A stretch of 62,712 bases of DNA, the filler included, from Sphacelaria rigidula (Eukaryota): the NCBI GenBank assembly GCA_964200075.2. It is 11 parts of 11 records of this genome, joined end to end, with 100 filler letters (N's around TTAATTAATTAA, not from the genome) between each part and the next. Parts side by side here need not be neighbours in the genome. Positions count along the whole stretch, not along the records: positions 34,263 to 39,872 come from CAXNAA020025883.1; positions 39,973 to 45,582 come from CAXNAA020025884.1; positions 45,683 to 51,292 come from CAXNAA020025885.1; 8 more parts are not named here. One strand, written 5' to 3'. A program made the translations under genes and the position numbers. The notes beneath the pieces are model-generated. The model worked only from the letters and a program-made list of their open reading frames with translations, ran no database searches and was not told the DNA's origin. This document shows positions 36,265 through 49,006 of the stretch, in pieces. The stretch's first letter is position 1, and each line of letters opens with the position of its first letter.

Positions 36265-36448
36265 TTCGGATCGCCGAAATTCCCCAAAGTTGTTTTTTTC
36301 CCTAGGATCCCAAGATTTCGGTTATCAGAATCCAAATGTATATGGCGTATAGTAGTTGTCGATAACTACTAGCAAGTGAAAAAATTGAACCATATTTCGA
36401 AGATTTGGAGTGGATACGAAGATTTTAATTCTCCGGGTTCTCATCCTC
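36265..36448. mobile_element. Right half only of the palindromic MITE seen complete at 38251-38616
   Basis: CGGATC...AAATTCCCCAAA...TCGGTTATCAGAATCCAAAT...GGATACGAAGATTTTAATTC.CCGGGTTCTCATCCTC aligns with 38435-38616. Confidence 0.85.
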
Positions 36449-38250
36449 AATGAAATCCTCAATTTCGATGATCGGCTGTCAACTTTTGTGAGCCGCTATC
36501 TTCCCGTTTAAATGCCTCTACATTTGCCTCTGCCCACGCGTTTTTCTTCTTCTCAAATTACGCTTCGAACCTCTTGTTAACTGTTGGTGTCCCTAGTTTT
36601 CGGTAGTGTTCCGCTAGTGCTTTTCTGTCTTCTCTTTCAAACTACTGACCATTTTACCGTTCAGTGCTTTCAGTGCGGCTATCCCCTTGTCTGTCACTCC
36701 TGTCTGCTTTCCCACTATCCCTTTTATTCCTACCCACATTTGCTTCATCCCACCGTCAAAATATTCATGTATGTTATTAACCACACCTTCCCATATTCCC
36801 TTCTTTTCTTCTCTACCATCATATTTACCTCCTTTCTAGCTTCAGCATACTCCTCTTGTCCTACCGTAGTTTTACGCGATATATGCATATGTCTTGCCTG
36901 AGTCTCTCTCTCCTTGCTCTTATGGGCTCGTTTGCTTCCCCATCCCACCGTTTTATTGTTTTGTTGCGAACGATGAGTTTCTTTCCTCTGACTTCACATG
37001 TTGTGGTGTTGACCAATCGCTCTCATCCTTTTATTATCTTCGCTCCTACCCGGCCCCTTTTTTATTTCGGCATCGTCTGTACCTATGCTTTTCAAGAACT
37101 CTGGAAATTTCACTGCATTTTCGTAATCTCTTCGTGAAACTCTTCCTGTTTTTTTTTCCTTTCTAGTTCATCTATTCTCCATTTGTACAAATTCCTACCC
37201 CGCCTGTTTCTTAAAGCCCTACGTTTGTTGGTTATCTGTCCATACAAGGCAATGATCTGTAGGTCCCACGTTCACTGCGTATACCTGTTCTTCCATTTCC
37301 TCACTATTTCTACATTCTACCACCAGATAGTCAAGAATTGAGCTTTCTCCCTCTCTTGTGCATTTTTGAGTCCATGTCCATTGTGTCCCCAGCTTTTTTG
37401 CTCTATTGTTCAGCATCTTCATCTCGTTATTCTCAAGGAACTTTAGCATCTCTACCCCATTCGTGTTCTTCTCCTCTTCCCCGTATTGCCTAATGAAATC
37501 ATCCCGTTGACCTGCTTTTCCAACCCTTGCATTGGAATCTCCCACTAAGATTGCTTCTCCTTGCCTTTCATACTTCTGTACATCTGCTGCTATCTCTCCA
37601 AACCTCCGCTGTTTATCGTTTACCTTGTTCTTCGATTCTGGGAGCATATAGATTTTCCCTACAAACAAGTCTTCCGTTCCGTTCTCCTGGTACCCTTGTC
37701 CATATGCTCTCGTCGAATTTCGTGCCTTGGATCACTTCAATGATGCCACACAGTTACCGGTATTCCTTGACTAAGAATCCTATTCCCTCCGCTCCTCCGC
37801 TCTTGGGGTTCTGTCCCTTACGCTTTCCCCCTTTCCATATGTATTCTTCAACTTTGCATCCTATTCCCGCCCCCTTTTTCTCTCATGACTCTTGGATTCC
37901 CACTTTATCTAGATCGCGCTTATTTACTTTTTGGGCTATTTCTATTCTTTTGCGCTCGTCTGTGGCGAATCCACACACGTTCCATGATCCTATTCTTAAC
38001 TTCGATTTCGAATCATTTTCCATTCTCCTTGTTTCTATTGTTCTCTTTCCGTCGTATTTTATTTTATACTTCTTGCTTGATTATATTCTTTCCGTTTCCG
38101 GTTTGATCTTTCTCTGTTTGCTCAGCGCCGCCATATCCCTTCCCTTTCCCTTCTCTGCATTCACTTATTCCTGGTTCCCCTTTCCTCCGTTTACTCGAGG
38201 ATCACGTCTTGAACACGGGGTTTAACAAATTGGGGATACATACTTTTATT

Positions 38251-38616
38251 GAAGATGAGAAACCCGGAGAATTAAATTCTTCGTATCCACACCAAATCTT
38301 CGAATTATGGATCCATTTCTTCACTTGCTAGTAGTTATTGAAAACTACTATACGTCATGCAAATTTGGATTTCGATAACCAGAATGTTGGGGTCCTAGGT
38401 GAAAAAGCATTTTTGGGAAATCTCGGCGATCTGATCGGATCATCTAAATTCCCCAAAATGGTTTCTTCACCTAAGACCCCAACATGTCGGTTATCAGAAT
38501 CCAAATTTGTATGGCGTGTAGTAGTTGCCAATAGCTACCAGTAGGTGAAAGAGTGGAATCGTATTTCGATTATTGGTGTGGATACGAAGATTTTAATTCC
38601 CCGGGTTCTCATCCTG
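38251..38616. mobile_element. 366-bp almost fully palindromic MITE inserted in the LINE
   Basis: GAAGATGAGAAACCCGGAGAATTAAA.TCTTCGTATCCAC is mirrored by GTGGATACGAAGATTTTAATTCCCCGGGTTCTCATCCTG. The arms meet at GATCTGATCGGATC (~38429-38442). Flanks are TATT and TATA. Confidence 0.88.
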
Positions 38617-41614
38617 TATAAAGAATCCATCGCCAATCTATAAAATCCCTTGTTCTTAGGTTCGCTGTTCCATTGGCTACGCGCACTCTCCCTTCTAACC
38701 CATGCCGACACCTCATCTGTTTCTATTCTTTCCGACACCTCGCTCGCTCTCTGCCTTAGCGTGATTCGAAAGTGTTCTCCCTCTCTTTCTACTTTTCCTA
38801 TATATCAAACAGTACAGTCCTACTTCATCGCATTTCCTCTCAACCTTTATTCTTGTAATATCTCTACGGACTCCAAATACCAGCACTGCTAGTACTTTAC
38901 CCGTCTACTCTTTCCTTCTCCATCCAACCTTTCTTACCGTTCCTCGCTCCATCTCTTTCAAAAGCATCTCCAGCTTGTTTGCTGTAAATTTCGAAGTGGG
39001 ATGTAGTCAACGTACTGGGATATCCGAATTGTAATACTTGTCTAGGGTCTGATGTATTTCAATTCTTTTGCTGACTCACCGACACTAAATACTGTCTCCA
39101 ACACGGACTTGTAGCCTGAAGCCAAGTTCAACACCCTTGCTACAAGTACCCTATATTTGTGCCAGGCTATCTGCATGGTGAACAATCCAGGCGTCCCACG
39201 ATCGTATCTTCTATCTTCTTTCCCCATTGCTGTACTGGTTTCTTTCCTCAGAAGAGATCATTTTCACCGTGTAAGGTCCAAGAACGGCTTCCATAACATA
39301 GGGCCCTACTCACACACCGGGATGTCCTGTACACGATCACTTCGTCCCACTCCGTGTACGGTTCACCATGGGTCGCTACTCCACCATTTCTCTCTTCTAG
39401 TAGACCTTTGCTGCCGAAAGCTTGTGCCAACGATTCCCCCACATTTTGTACTAGCTTCTATCCTTTAAGATCTCGAGAAGTTTACGTACCCCTAGGTGCT
39501 CCTTCTCATCGGCAATATGGTCGGTCATTGGTAAGGTGTGAGTTTCATGAGTGCAGTAGGCCGTGACATTCATGCCATGTATTATCCATCCCTTCCCTTC
39601 ATTTGACGCCTGTGCACCTGACCCTTTTGGGACCAGACTCCGAGAAACATTACATGGTGTTTGCACGCCTGAGCCTTTTTGTGAATCGGCGTCATTTTCA
39701 GTTGTTTTCAAGTGACAACGATGCCGATTCACAAAAAAGTTCCTTCGTGCAAACCCCATGTTTCTGGGAGTCCAGTTCCCAAAGAGGTAACGTCGGGAAC
39801 TTGTAGCCCAAAATGGTGCCAAGCCATTGCGTTTATCATGTAGGATTCTGGATGATGATTATGTGATAGGGTNNNNNNNNNNNNNNNNNNNNNNNNNNNN
39901 NNNNNNNNNNNNNNNNTTAATTAATTAANNNNNNNNNNNNNNNNNNNNNNNNNNNNNNNNNNNNNNNNNNNNCGAAATCAGCTATAACTCCCAAATGAGT
40001 CGCGTCGTGCAGCACGAAACCAGCTTTAACGGCAGTTATGATGATCGCCTCCGTGCACGTTTTTGGCCGGTTTGCGGGGGGGGGCTATCTCGGCAGCAGT
40101 CTATTATGCAGTACATTTTTGTCTTCATTCAGCGTCGGTGCCGTGTGTTACCAGGTTGATCTGCACTTTACAGTGATATGCTTACATCGGGTCCATTCGG
40201 AAACTGGGAAGGCTGTGGTATGGACAACGTTTGGCCGCTTTTAAGCTGGCCCCGCTCGTGCTGTACTATGCACTGCCAGAACGGGACGCCACCATGAAAT
40301 CTTGGTTCTTCTCCCTCAGCTCTGAGTACCACCAGCTCCCCTCTGGGCAACGGAGATTACAGAGTCAAATCACCTCGAAATTTTTCTAGCCCAAACCTTC
40401 TCCTTTCTCAGCCAACTCGGGTTCGCCGTGCGTGCCTGACGGAAGAAATATCTATTATAACATCGACACGTATATGGTATGTACACATGTGTACATATAA
40501 GACAGCACAGACGATACGATAGAAGGCGGTACAGCGACAAGTCACAACCGAGCCCAGCACTCTTCCTCCTATCCCAAGCATCATCAGCTCCCCTCTGTGC
40601 AACAGGATGTGTACAGCCAAACCGGCTCACCGCCGTAGTCCCACCATCGCAGCTTTGCCAATCCACAGGTATGATAATCCTGCCAACTCGGGCTTCGGGA
40701 GAGGGCGTATTCGTGCGTGACACCAAAAATTCTCGAAGTCGATGTGTAGTCTGAGTGCAGTGCGGGGGGACAGTAGGCAGTACGGTAAGCCACTATCGCG
40801 CTCAGCGCCCCCTTCCACAACACTGAGCGCCACGAGCTTCCCTCTGGGTAGCGTCATTTACAGAGTCAAGCCAGTTTATCGCCACAGCCCAGGCATCGTA
40901 GCTTGGACATCCCCAACCGCTTGCTTCCCCAGCCAACTCATGTTTGCCGTGTGTGTTCGACCGCGAACTCCGTGACCTCAACGTGTGCTTCGTATATGGT
41001 GTGTGTTACGTACAGACAGTGCAGTAGTACAGACAGCAGCACGATAGTAGACAACAGTGCAAAGACGCATCGGCACTGAGCTCAATACCCTCTCTCCTAC
41101 GTTGAACACCAGGAGCTCCCCGTCGAGTATCAGAGTTTGAACAATCGATCTAGCTCGCCGCCACACTCCCGGCGTGGCAGGTTCTCCCTCTCAGTAGATT
41201 TTGTCATCCTGCCAACTGAAGATCCAGGATTGATCTGTGTGTGAAACAAAATATCTTGGATCTCGACAAGTGGTACGCGTACAGTTAGTTCATCACAGTA
41301 CAGCTCGGTCGGGCTTGAAGAATGTACATTCTTGAACGAGCACAATACTCGAGCGACATGCTCGCAGTCTTGAGCCCGTATGCTTCGAAGCGGCTGCGGT
41401 GTACTGAAGTCGAGATGCATTGTAACTAATAAACGCACGAACAGGCAGCTAAAAAACAGCATGATGTCCCTGCACAAACATGACCCCCTGTTTTGTTCAA
41501 CGGAGTGGGAATGACACGAGAGTGTGAAGCTGAGCTCTGTTCTCCGTAACCGACTCTGCGACGGACAGGAAAATTAACCAAAGGAAACACCCTGATTTCA
41601 TGTTGTCGCTTCAG

Positions 41615-41770
41615 ACGACGTTGGAGGCAGCCTGGAGGGCACTGCAAGTACCGGCTCGACTAAAACTCGACTTTCTGCAGAAGTACTCAACGCTGGAGCG
41701 GGCGCTGGATCTGCCTAGAACGGTTCACCTCCTACACATCGCGGCCAAGGCGATTCCGCTGAAAGAAAAG
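41615..41770 (+). CDS. Penultimate exon of a possibly CCDC87-like protein
   Basis: TTCAG| ... AAG|GTGCGA, 156 bp, phase 0/0; TTLEAAWRALQVPARLKLDFLQKYSTLERALDLPRTVHLLHIAAKAIPLKEK. The LExxWxxLxVPxxxxLDxxxKYS pattern resembles the CCDC87 C-terminal region from memory. Confidence 0.7.
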
Positions 41771-42835
41771 GTGCGATACGATCATTTTACAATTCTCACC
41801 CGACATATGTTTTAACAAGAGAGGCGGGGGAAAGAGAGGGGAGACAGAGAAGGAGAGAGAGAGAGTCAGAACCCACGAAACAATCGTTTATGCCATCTGG
41901 GCAACGGAAGGTGGTTGGAAACAGCTCGGAATCAGATAAAAATGATTTCATGTGGGAAAGTCGTTTACGTCTGTTCTCGCCCGATAAAGTACATCGACCA
42001 TGACCGCATCCATGTGTTTTTCGCTGCGTTGAATACCGAGCGTGTACACCGAGTATCTCTTACCAACCTACATGTGTGTGTATGCACACGAGTAAGTGCG
42101 CAAATCCATCATACGCTCGGTCAGGTATTGACAATCGGTGACCCCTCCACGGAGGCCTAAGTAGCAGTCCCTTGATGAGCAAAATCCTTTCGTGCTAGAG
42201 AGTGTCCCTCATCTACGTCCGTTCACGATGGTGCCCCCGCAGTACATTCTGGGAAGTGACCATCTGAAGGGTGATTTCATACCGGTTGGCATTGCCGGGC
42301 GCCTGAAGGCCATCTTAGATGAGAAGATTTTGGTGAACAAACGGATGAACGGATACACGAAAGACTAGCGGACGGAAAAAAAACAAAACTCAAAAGTCGC
42401 CGGCGCTGGCCCGCAGAAATGTGCAAGTTTAACTGAAGTTCTGATTCTGTGCGGACGTTTCAGCACAATAGACTAGATGGGGTACACCTCTGTGGGGCCG
42501 AAGCTGACCGAGGCGCTTGCAATTGTACGTATCACATGCGCGGTACACGAAGCAGGACGCGGCGTGAAGAGTAGAGCGAGTGCGATCCGCCAAAAACAGT
42601 GCATTTGTCGGCGTGAGTTAAGCGTGAATGATGTGACCGTTGTCTATGAATATTGGACAACAGTACAATGCAGGCACAGGCACGGCGGAGGGTAGGCGGT
42701 AGGACTGCACGACACTGTACTTGAGGAGATGAGCGACTGGACCATGCGGTGGTGATTTTGGTCTTGACTTAATCAACAAGAAGCCAATGGGTACTGACTC
42801 AAAATCTATTCCCGTTCTCGAGTACGTCCGTCATG

Positions 42836-42874
42836 AGACCGCGGCTGGACCCCTGGGGGTTCAGTTAAAGTGCG

Positions 42875-42911
<37 letters not shown>
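42836..42911 (+). repeat. Retroposon-like 3' end with a (CAAT)n tail
   Basis: GACC.CGGCTG.ACC...TCAGTT.AAGTGCGA.AATCAATC; related ends at 3172-3225, 51567-51622, 34125-34162 and, on the minus strand, 4225-4290 and 4467-4515. Confidence 0.75.
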
Positions 42912-43331
42912 GGGTCTTGTGTCTTCGGCAGCGCCTTATTTCCCACCCTTTGACCGCCTTCTGGGTGATGATCATTTTCATGTGAAAAATGGTGCCAATT
43001 CAACTTGATATTCACCCTGATGGTCGCCTCTTCGAAGCTAATAACTTTCAGCCAGCTCTTTCACGAGTCCTCACGGTCGTAAACACAACACTGTGCTAGA
43101 ACGTCGTCGGGATCCAGGTATGCCATTTACGGGTTTGCAGTTGCTCGATTGCAAAGCGCAGTCTGCATCGCGTCTGTGTACAACATGAGGACCAAAACAT
43201 CCGCAGCATCCCCAAATGTGCCGAGAAAAAGTTCGTTCCTGACGAAAGCTTCCGTCCCATAAAATCCGGAAACGTCCGTTTATCCGCGCAAAAGCCAATC
43301 CCGTCGGAAATGCCCCTCACCGTTTTTCTAG

Positions 43332-43907
43332 GTGACGGATCTCCTCCACAGAATAAAAACTCACAGCGAGCCAATATCGTCAACGTCGGCTTTCTCGACT
43401 TCCGAGGAAGACGAGCTGTACGAGTTGGACTGCTGGCTTGACTTCGTCGCTGTAGCGAGAGATCCGGGACAAGAAAACAGCGATGAACGGGGCAGAAGTC
43501 ACGTCGATGACGGTGAAGACGAAGAGCGACGCGTCGAAGAAGGAAATGCGAATGAAGTAGGAGCTTGTGTAGAATCTCTGGGTGGCCGCGGTGACAGGAG
43601 CGGTGGCGATGGTGCAGAATGCGGGGGCAGTAGGTCAGATGAAGAGTATGTAGATTGTGAAAGAAAAAAGGGACAGCAAAGCAACGCGGCTGCGACGGTG
43701 GACGTGGCGGCATGGCTAACCATGATTGAATTCAAGTTGTCAGAGAGGTGCGCGGAAGCCTGCGACTTGGCGTGGTACGAGGTGGGAGAGACGATAACCT
43801 ACCAAGGGAGGTCGGTGTCGGCAGGGCTACCGTCGACAATTATGGACGCCGCGACGTTAAAACGGGAAAACCGAGAAAGAAATATTGCGAGAAAAGGGCA
43901 TGCCTGA
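43332..43907 (+). CDS. Terminal exon of the same gene
   Basis: TTTTTCTAG| acceptor in phase 0; 191 codons to TGA with an acidic/Gly-rich insert and the motif GETITYQGR. Confidence 0.72.
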   Translation: MTDLLHRIKTHSEPISSTSAFSTSEEDELYELDCWLDFVAVARDPGQENSDERGRSHVDDGEDEERRVEEGNANEVGACVESLGGRGDRSGGDGAECGGSRSDEEYVDCERKKGQQSNAAATVDVAAWLTMIEFKLSERCAEACDLAWYEVGETITYQGRSVSAGLPSTIMDAATLKRENRERNIARKGHA

Positions 43908-44721
43908 GTGCCGTGAGAGAATGTAGTGCACTGATGGAGTCAGGCTTGTTTTACCCTCCTTCGCTTATTCCCCCAGGTACTCGTAAGTTGATTCAGGGTC
44001 GTGAGAGGCTCCTACCTTAGGCCCATTTGTTTTTTTTCAACTGTTTTTCGGAGTAGATTGCATATTAGTTCGACCCGTAGGTGGCTCCATTTACACTAGA
44101 CAGCAGAATATTTTAGCAGAAATGTTCAGGCTAGAGATGAAATCCATGACAAAAAAAATGCCGACGGACAGGATTTACGAATTTAGGAATGTCATCCCGA
44201 CGCGGAATCCGCGTATTGAAAATTTCGACGGGTATCCGGATTCGTGGAGGATTTGGATATCTACCGGGCGTTCCAATCCGCAGGTTGATTTATTTGCAGT
44301 AGATTGGGATATCCGTCGGTCTTTTCAATCCGCGGATCGACGGATTTGTAGCGGATTAGAATATCCGTACGTAGGGCTTCCAGATGGCCGGGCTGAAGGA
44401 CCTGCCGCGAATAGACGGGTTTGGGGACAATTTTGGATACAGAGGACGTGTGGATACTGTTCGGTGTTCGGCGCGACCCACTGGGCAGGATTTACACATC
44501 CTTGAGCCATGCGACCCCCTCGAGTCAACTCAAGCATCGCGTAGTGGCTTCTCGAGACGGCACATGAATGATTTGAGTAAAAAAACGCCGAGACGTCAAA
44601 AAAGGTGTTGAGCCCACGTGATGATCTCACCGCCTGCTCAGCGCCTCCCTCTGTACAATACATGACGTATCGTCATCCTGGCAACAGATCGCTAATACTG
44701 CTGTGCTTTTTTTTAATCCCA

Positions 44722-44832
44722 CTGCCAACTCCTGCCCTTCCTCGGGACGAGTCCGTGGTCTCAAGGAATCAACCCATCCCACCCCCGCCACACCCCTTAC
44801 ATTTTGGTATGACGAGTTTGGATCATGACCAA
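44722..44832 (+). repeat. Dispersed repeat with CCTCGGGACGAG core
   Basis: Aligns with 10830-10935(+) and 3452-3560(-); the latter also shares CCTTACATTTTGGT...TTGGATCATGA. Confidence 0.7.
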
Positions 44833-45432
44833 CGCTCACTCCGTAACCGCGTCAGCTGTCGTTCAACAAACTCATCCAAACAGACCCTTTGCGCTACTCG
44901 CGTCGTCACGCTTTCAACAACGAAAGTAAGATACTTGTGGGGAAAACACCGAACTAGACGCATCTGGCGGAAATTTTACCCGCGGTTTCCCGCCCCAATG
45001 GTGTTTCAGTTGTACAGTTGAACCACCATGGCGCGGGAGTACTGTATCCCCGTTACTCATGATGCGAGCCACGCAACGACGACGACGCAGCGTTACCTAA
45101 TAGCATGCTCGGCTAGGAAAAGTAGATCAATGTAGAGTTTGACTGCCTTGAACCGTTGATGCATAACTTTTTAGTGCACCTGTATTGCAGAATATAGATG
45201 TGCAACCCTAGCTATGTAACCAGAACGGGGCAGAATGCCAGAATGCCATACAAGGAAGTGAGCAACCCAGCGGCCGTTACGAGATCCTGACGGATACTGC
45301 TGGTTTTACGTTGCCTGGACATGTACGCATCAGGCAACTTATTGTATGAATGCTGCCCTGAGTAAAGCCCGTTCTTGATGAAAGGGGTACTTTTGGAACC
45401 TCTCTGCACAAATCTTTGTTTTATACCTGTAT

Positions 45433-45561
45433 AGGGGGGGGGGGGAGCATACTCATTTGTTGCTTGCCTTGGTCGTTCGACCATTGACCACGCATCCATT
45501 TCGAGACGGAGCACAGTTCCTCACTCCTAATAGAGATACCTCCAACATTCTGGCGCTCATT
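45433..45561 (-). mobile_element. LINE 3' end (family B) with C tail
   Basis: Aligns with 34344-34472; the minus strand encodes ...APSRNGCVVNGRTTKASNK* followed by a C-run. Confidence 0.85.
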
Positions 45562-45682
45562 ACTTTTCTTCAAAAGCTCATTNNNNNNNNNNNNNNNNNN
45601 NNNNNNNNNNNNNNNNNNNNNNNNNNTTAATTAATTAANNNNNNNNNNNNNNNNNNNNNNNNNNNNNNNNNNNNNNNNNNNN

Positions 45683-45750
45683 CGTCATTGTAGGGATGCG
45701 ATGTCAATGGTCTGATGACTATGGCATGCATGATCATGAGTACACCCCTC
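45683..45750 (+). mobile_element. Family A 3' end (plus-strand sense)
   Basis: GTAGGGATGCGATGTCAATGGTCTGATGACTATGGCATGCATGATCATGAGTACACCCC; truncated by the contig start. Confidence 0.8.
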
Positions 45751-46418
45751 TATCACTATTCTCACAACCGTGCCTTTCCTCCTCGCTAGTGGCATTTGTG
45801 CGTGTTACTTTACTTTCGCCCTGTACGAATTGCTCCACAATAGAGTGTTCTTACTGTCCACCATTATACTGACTTTCATTTCAAGCTGAGGACTGGCTAT
45901 ATCTTCCATTGATTCATTTATTAATCGCGGTCGTTGTTGACTATGTTGCTGGACAGCAATTGAATATCTTCGTTGGATGCTTTCGGGAAACAATGCTGTT
46001 ATGATGCTGTCGTTTTTGTCATTACTTTTCCCCCCATGCTCTTCTCCGCGATACCAACAACTTCTGAGGGTCTGACACAATATCGCGGGTTCGAATCACG
46101 AAATCTTCAAATACTGGGGACTGGTTGTTTGAAAGGCAAAAAAGAGTTGACCACGACTCGCGAAAGTCTCTATGCGATTTTACGCTGTTCCATGTGCCTG
46201 GGAGTGCGTGCTTCTGGGGTGAAGCACTGAAAACAAAGCCCAACCTTCGAATCGTGCGGCACGAATCCATCACACCAAAAGCAAGCAGTTTTCAGACGAA
46301 TCGTTATTCTTCCGACCCTTGAACAATTTTAGCACTATAAAAATACTGCACCATGCATATATCCTTTTTCCGTTTACCGATCTCCCTGTGTCGACCTGAA
46401 ACGACCGCCGCTATCCAG

Positions 46419-46525
46419 GACATGAAGTCATATGTGACCACGGTATTCAAGCTATCAAGGGCTGTGACCGAAGCAGGAGAGCAACCGCCGAGCGACGAGC
46501 TCAACAACAAGCTCGTCGCCCTCAG
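46419..46525 (+). CDS. Probable internal exon, unidentified protein
   Basis: TCCAG| ... AG|GTAAGC, phase 0/2; DMKSYVTTVFKLSRAVTEAGEQPPSDELNNKLVAL; phase-compatible with 47870-47996. Confidence 0.6.
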
Positions 46526-47869
46526 GTAAGCGATATAGCAGTTTTATTGTGCTCTACAGCGATGGGCTCATGCGAAACATCATTAGCCCGTTGCTGTACG
46601 GCACAGTAGGCAATTCCTTTATCATTTACTCTCCATTGCATACGACGACGGCCTGATACGTGCCCGTAAGTACCAGTATTCTCCACGGATGAGTCAGAGT
46701 CTATGTGAGCCCAGATGGATAATGGCAATACTTTCAGATTCTCTTACAACTGCTAGTATGCCTTGAGAGTCGCAGATGGACACTGAACGGTGTCGACCCC
46801 ATTTCGTCGACTCAAGGCAACGACGTACAGATATGTGTGTACCACCCGTGGGTGAAAAACACACAATCTTCTGTCCGAGCGCCATCCCTTCAAGCCCTAG
46901 AATATTCTGACGCATTCTTACTTGACCTCAGGTTCAACCCTTCAGGGCATAGAACTTCCTCACGGATATCATGTCCGCTCGAACCTTAATCGTGACTTTA
47001 TATACGACAAATATATGTTTCATGAAATATAAGTTAATAGCATATTGATATACGAAACGCCCACGTGCGCTCAACAGGACTGGTAGCACTCAAGTCCGAG
47101 CAATCGCTGTCTCGAAGGTATGGGTGTCAGAGGTACGCGTATTACAAGTGCAATATTATCGTTCTCAGTAACGTCCCTTGGGTAATTCGCAAGCTTGTAG
47201 CCAAGCAGAGTGTCGGTTAATGCCAATGGCGTACCCCGCCGGGCTTTGCACACAGCTTACAGAATCCGCTCCGTTTCTAGATGGCTTGCCAAGTTTACAC
47301 CCCCCAACCAACGTTCGTGACTCGAATAAAGTGCCGGCAGCAAGCTGATACTGTAGGATATTGTACTCCGCGGGCGAACGCTGCCGACAGCTACATCACT
47401 ACTACGAACGCATACTGCATCACATTGAGAATTTTTATCAGGGGGGTGGAGTCACGAACAGAACGATTGCCATGCCGTTGAACGGAGACTCCAAGCCTGC
47501 TCCGACGGCCTTGCCCCTTGTGCGGCTTCCCTACATAGCGTTTTGGCGAGGGCCTAGCGGTGGTTTGCCTGGGATCGTCCTTAGCGTGGTATCTCCGCCA
47601 GGCTATCCCGTTTGGCTTCTTTTCATTTGCCCCGTCATCGCTCCTGCTAGGGTTCCCTTTCTTGATTACTTTCGTGCGTCTATCTTTGGGCGCGTCTACC
47701 TTTCGATCGCTACTAGATTCTTAGTACAACCTATACCATAGTGGGCAATAAATCGATTTTTCAATCAAATTACCACATCGGTCCCTTTCCCCTCCTCCTC
47801 CTGCGACTGGTGCTGGTGCTGCTGCCAATGCCCCCGTCGCCGTCTAACACTCGACCGTATCTATCACAG

Positions 47870-47996
47870 TAACGCTGACAACCCCACCAACGACGAGGCG
47901 GGCTTGGCTGGGGCGGGGGTGTTCGACTGGGCCGTGGACGTCCAGGTCGAGCTGTACGACCTTGCGGAAGCTGCTCCTGACATGGACTATCCTGAT
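47870..47996 (+). CDS. Probable next exon, unidentified protein
   Basis: Branch-like CTAAC at ~47844; CACAG| ... |GTACGT, phase 2/0; (S)NADNPTNDEAGLAGAGVFDWAVDVQVELYDLAEAAPDMDYPD. Confidence 0.6.
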
Positions 47997-48932
47997 GTAC
48001 GTTGCACCACCTAGAGACACACGTTCCTCCTGAAGCAACACACAAATGCAGTTCCAGCAAAAGGTCGTCGACAAGAATATCGGATACGCGGTAATATGTA
48101 TATATATATTCTGCAAATTCAATAGCCTATAACTGGCCTTCTCCCTCGATTTCTATGTGATACTTCATGCTGTTAGCTGAATATATAACGGTTGGTACAA
48201 TATTTTGACATGTAGTGTGTTGAGCACATGAGTGCTTCAACACAATAAACCAGGATTAGGTCAGTCTCCAGCACTAATTCAGTCGCCGTCTGGGATTACA
48301 GAGACAAATTTACGGGGTGACTAGCAAGGCGAGGATTTCCGTCTATGCGCATTCACCGTGATTTTGTCTCACCTGGTATTCGTGAGTGCTGTATGCGTAT
48401 ATGCATGGTGCTAGTCACTCTAGCGATCTGAGATCGAACAACCATTTAGATCAATGAACCCTTTCAAGACCCGAGTGTTTCTCACCAAGAATAGAGCTAT
48501 TCGAATGTTGGCCGTTAGTATTCTACAGCGAATGATTCATCATGAAAGATGGTACATAGGACATGTCGCAAGCGCGCGTGCTTGACAAGACAGCTCGGTC
48601 GCGCAAACCTGGCACATGCGTTTCTGCTTATTTTGAAGAACTCCGATATCCCGGTTCAGTTGTTACCATTTCTGGGGACAATGGCATGCTTTTAGCGTGT
48701 CGGTGCCAACGCTGAGTACGCCCGTCGTGATGCACGCAGGGCCAAAATAACTTTCCGCTTTCTTGATGTCTAGAGAGGGTGTCTGGCTTGTTGATGTGTG
48801 CTGTTTCTGCTTGACAGCTGTGTGGGGAGAAATGCCGGTCCTTGTAGTGATTGACAGGTCGCTTGTTATCTCTTGCGCCAGCCAGATAATGCAGCAGTAG
48901 CCTCACTGCTCCAAACAGAGACATACACGAGA

Positions 48933-49006
48933 GGGGGGGGCGTACTCATTTGTTGCTTGCCTTAGTCATTTGACCATTGACCACGCATCCCTTTCGAGAC
49001 GGAGCA
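48933..49006 (-). mobile_element. Truncated LINE 3' end (family B)
   Basis: GGGGGGGGCGTACTCATTTGTTGCTTGCCTTAGTCATTTGACCATTGACCACGCATCCCTTTCGAGACGGAGCA. Confidence 0.85.

Larger units (their letters stand above)
34344..39000 (-). mobile_element. Decayed near-full-length non-LTR retrotransposon (LINE): putative ORF1, APE endonuclease, partial RT, C-terminal Cys-containing domain
   Basis: APE motifs IGSWNVCG (~37975-37995), VGIQES, LVGDSNARVG and SILDY. RT motif GLMFTDDF (FTDD at 36218-36229) and ELPIVDQYAYL. C-terminal LRFRVRDLDLPERRK...CPCG...ESRT. ORF2 stop at 34365-34367. Many stops and frameshifts. The 5' boundary is uncertain, and ORF1 (38620 onward) is inferred only from position and purine-rich composition. 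Confidence 0.92.
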
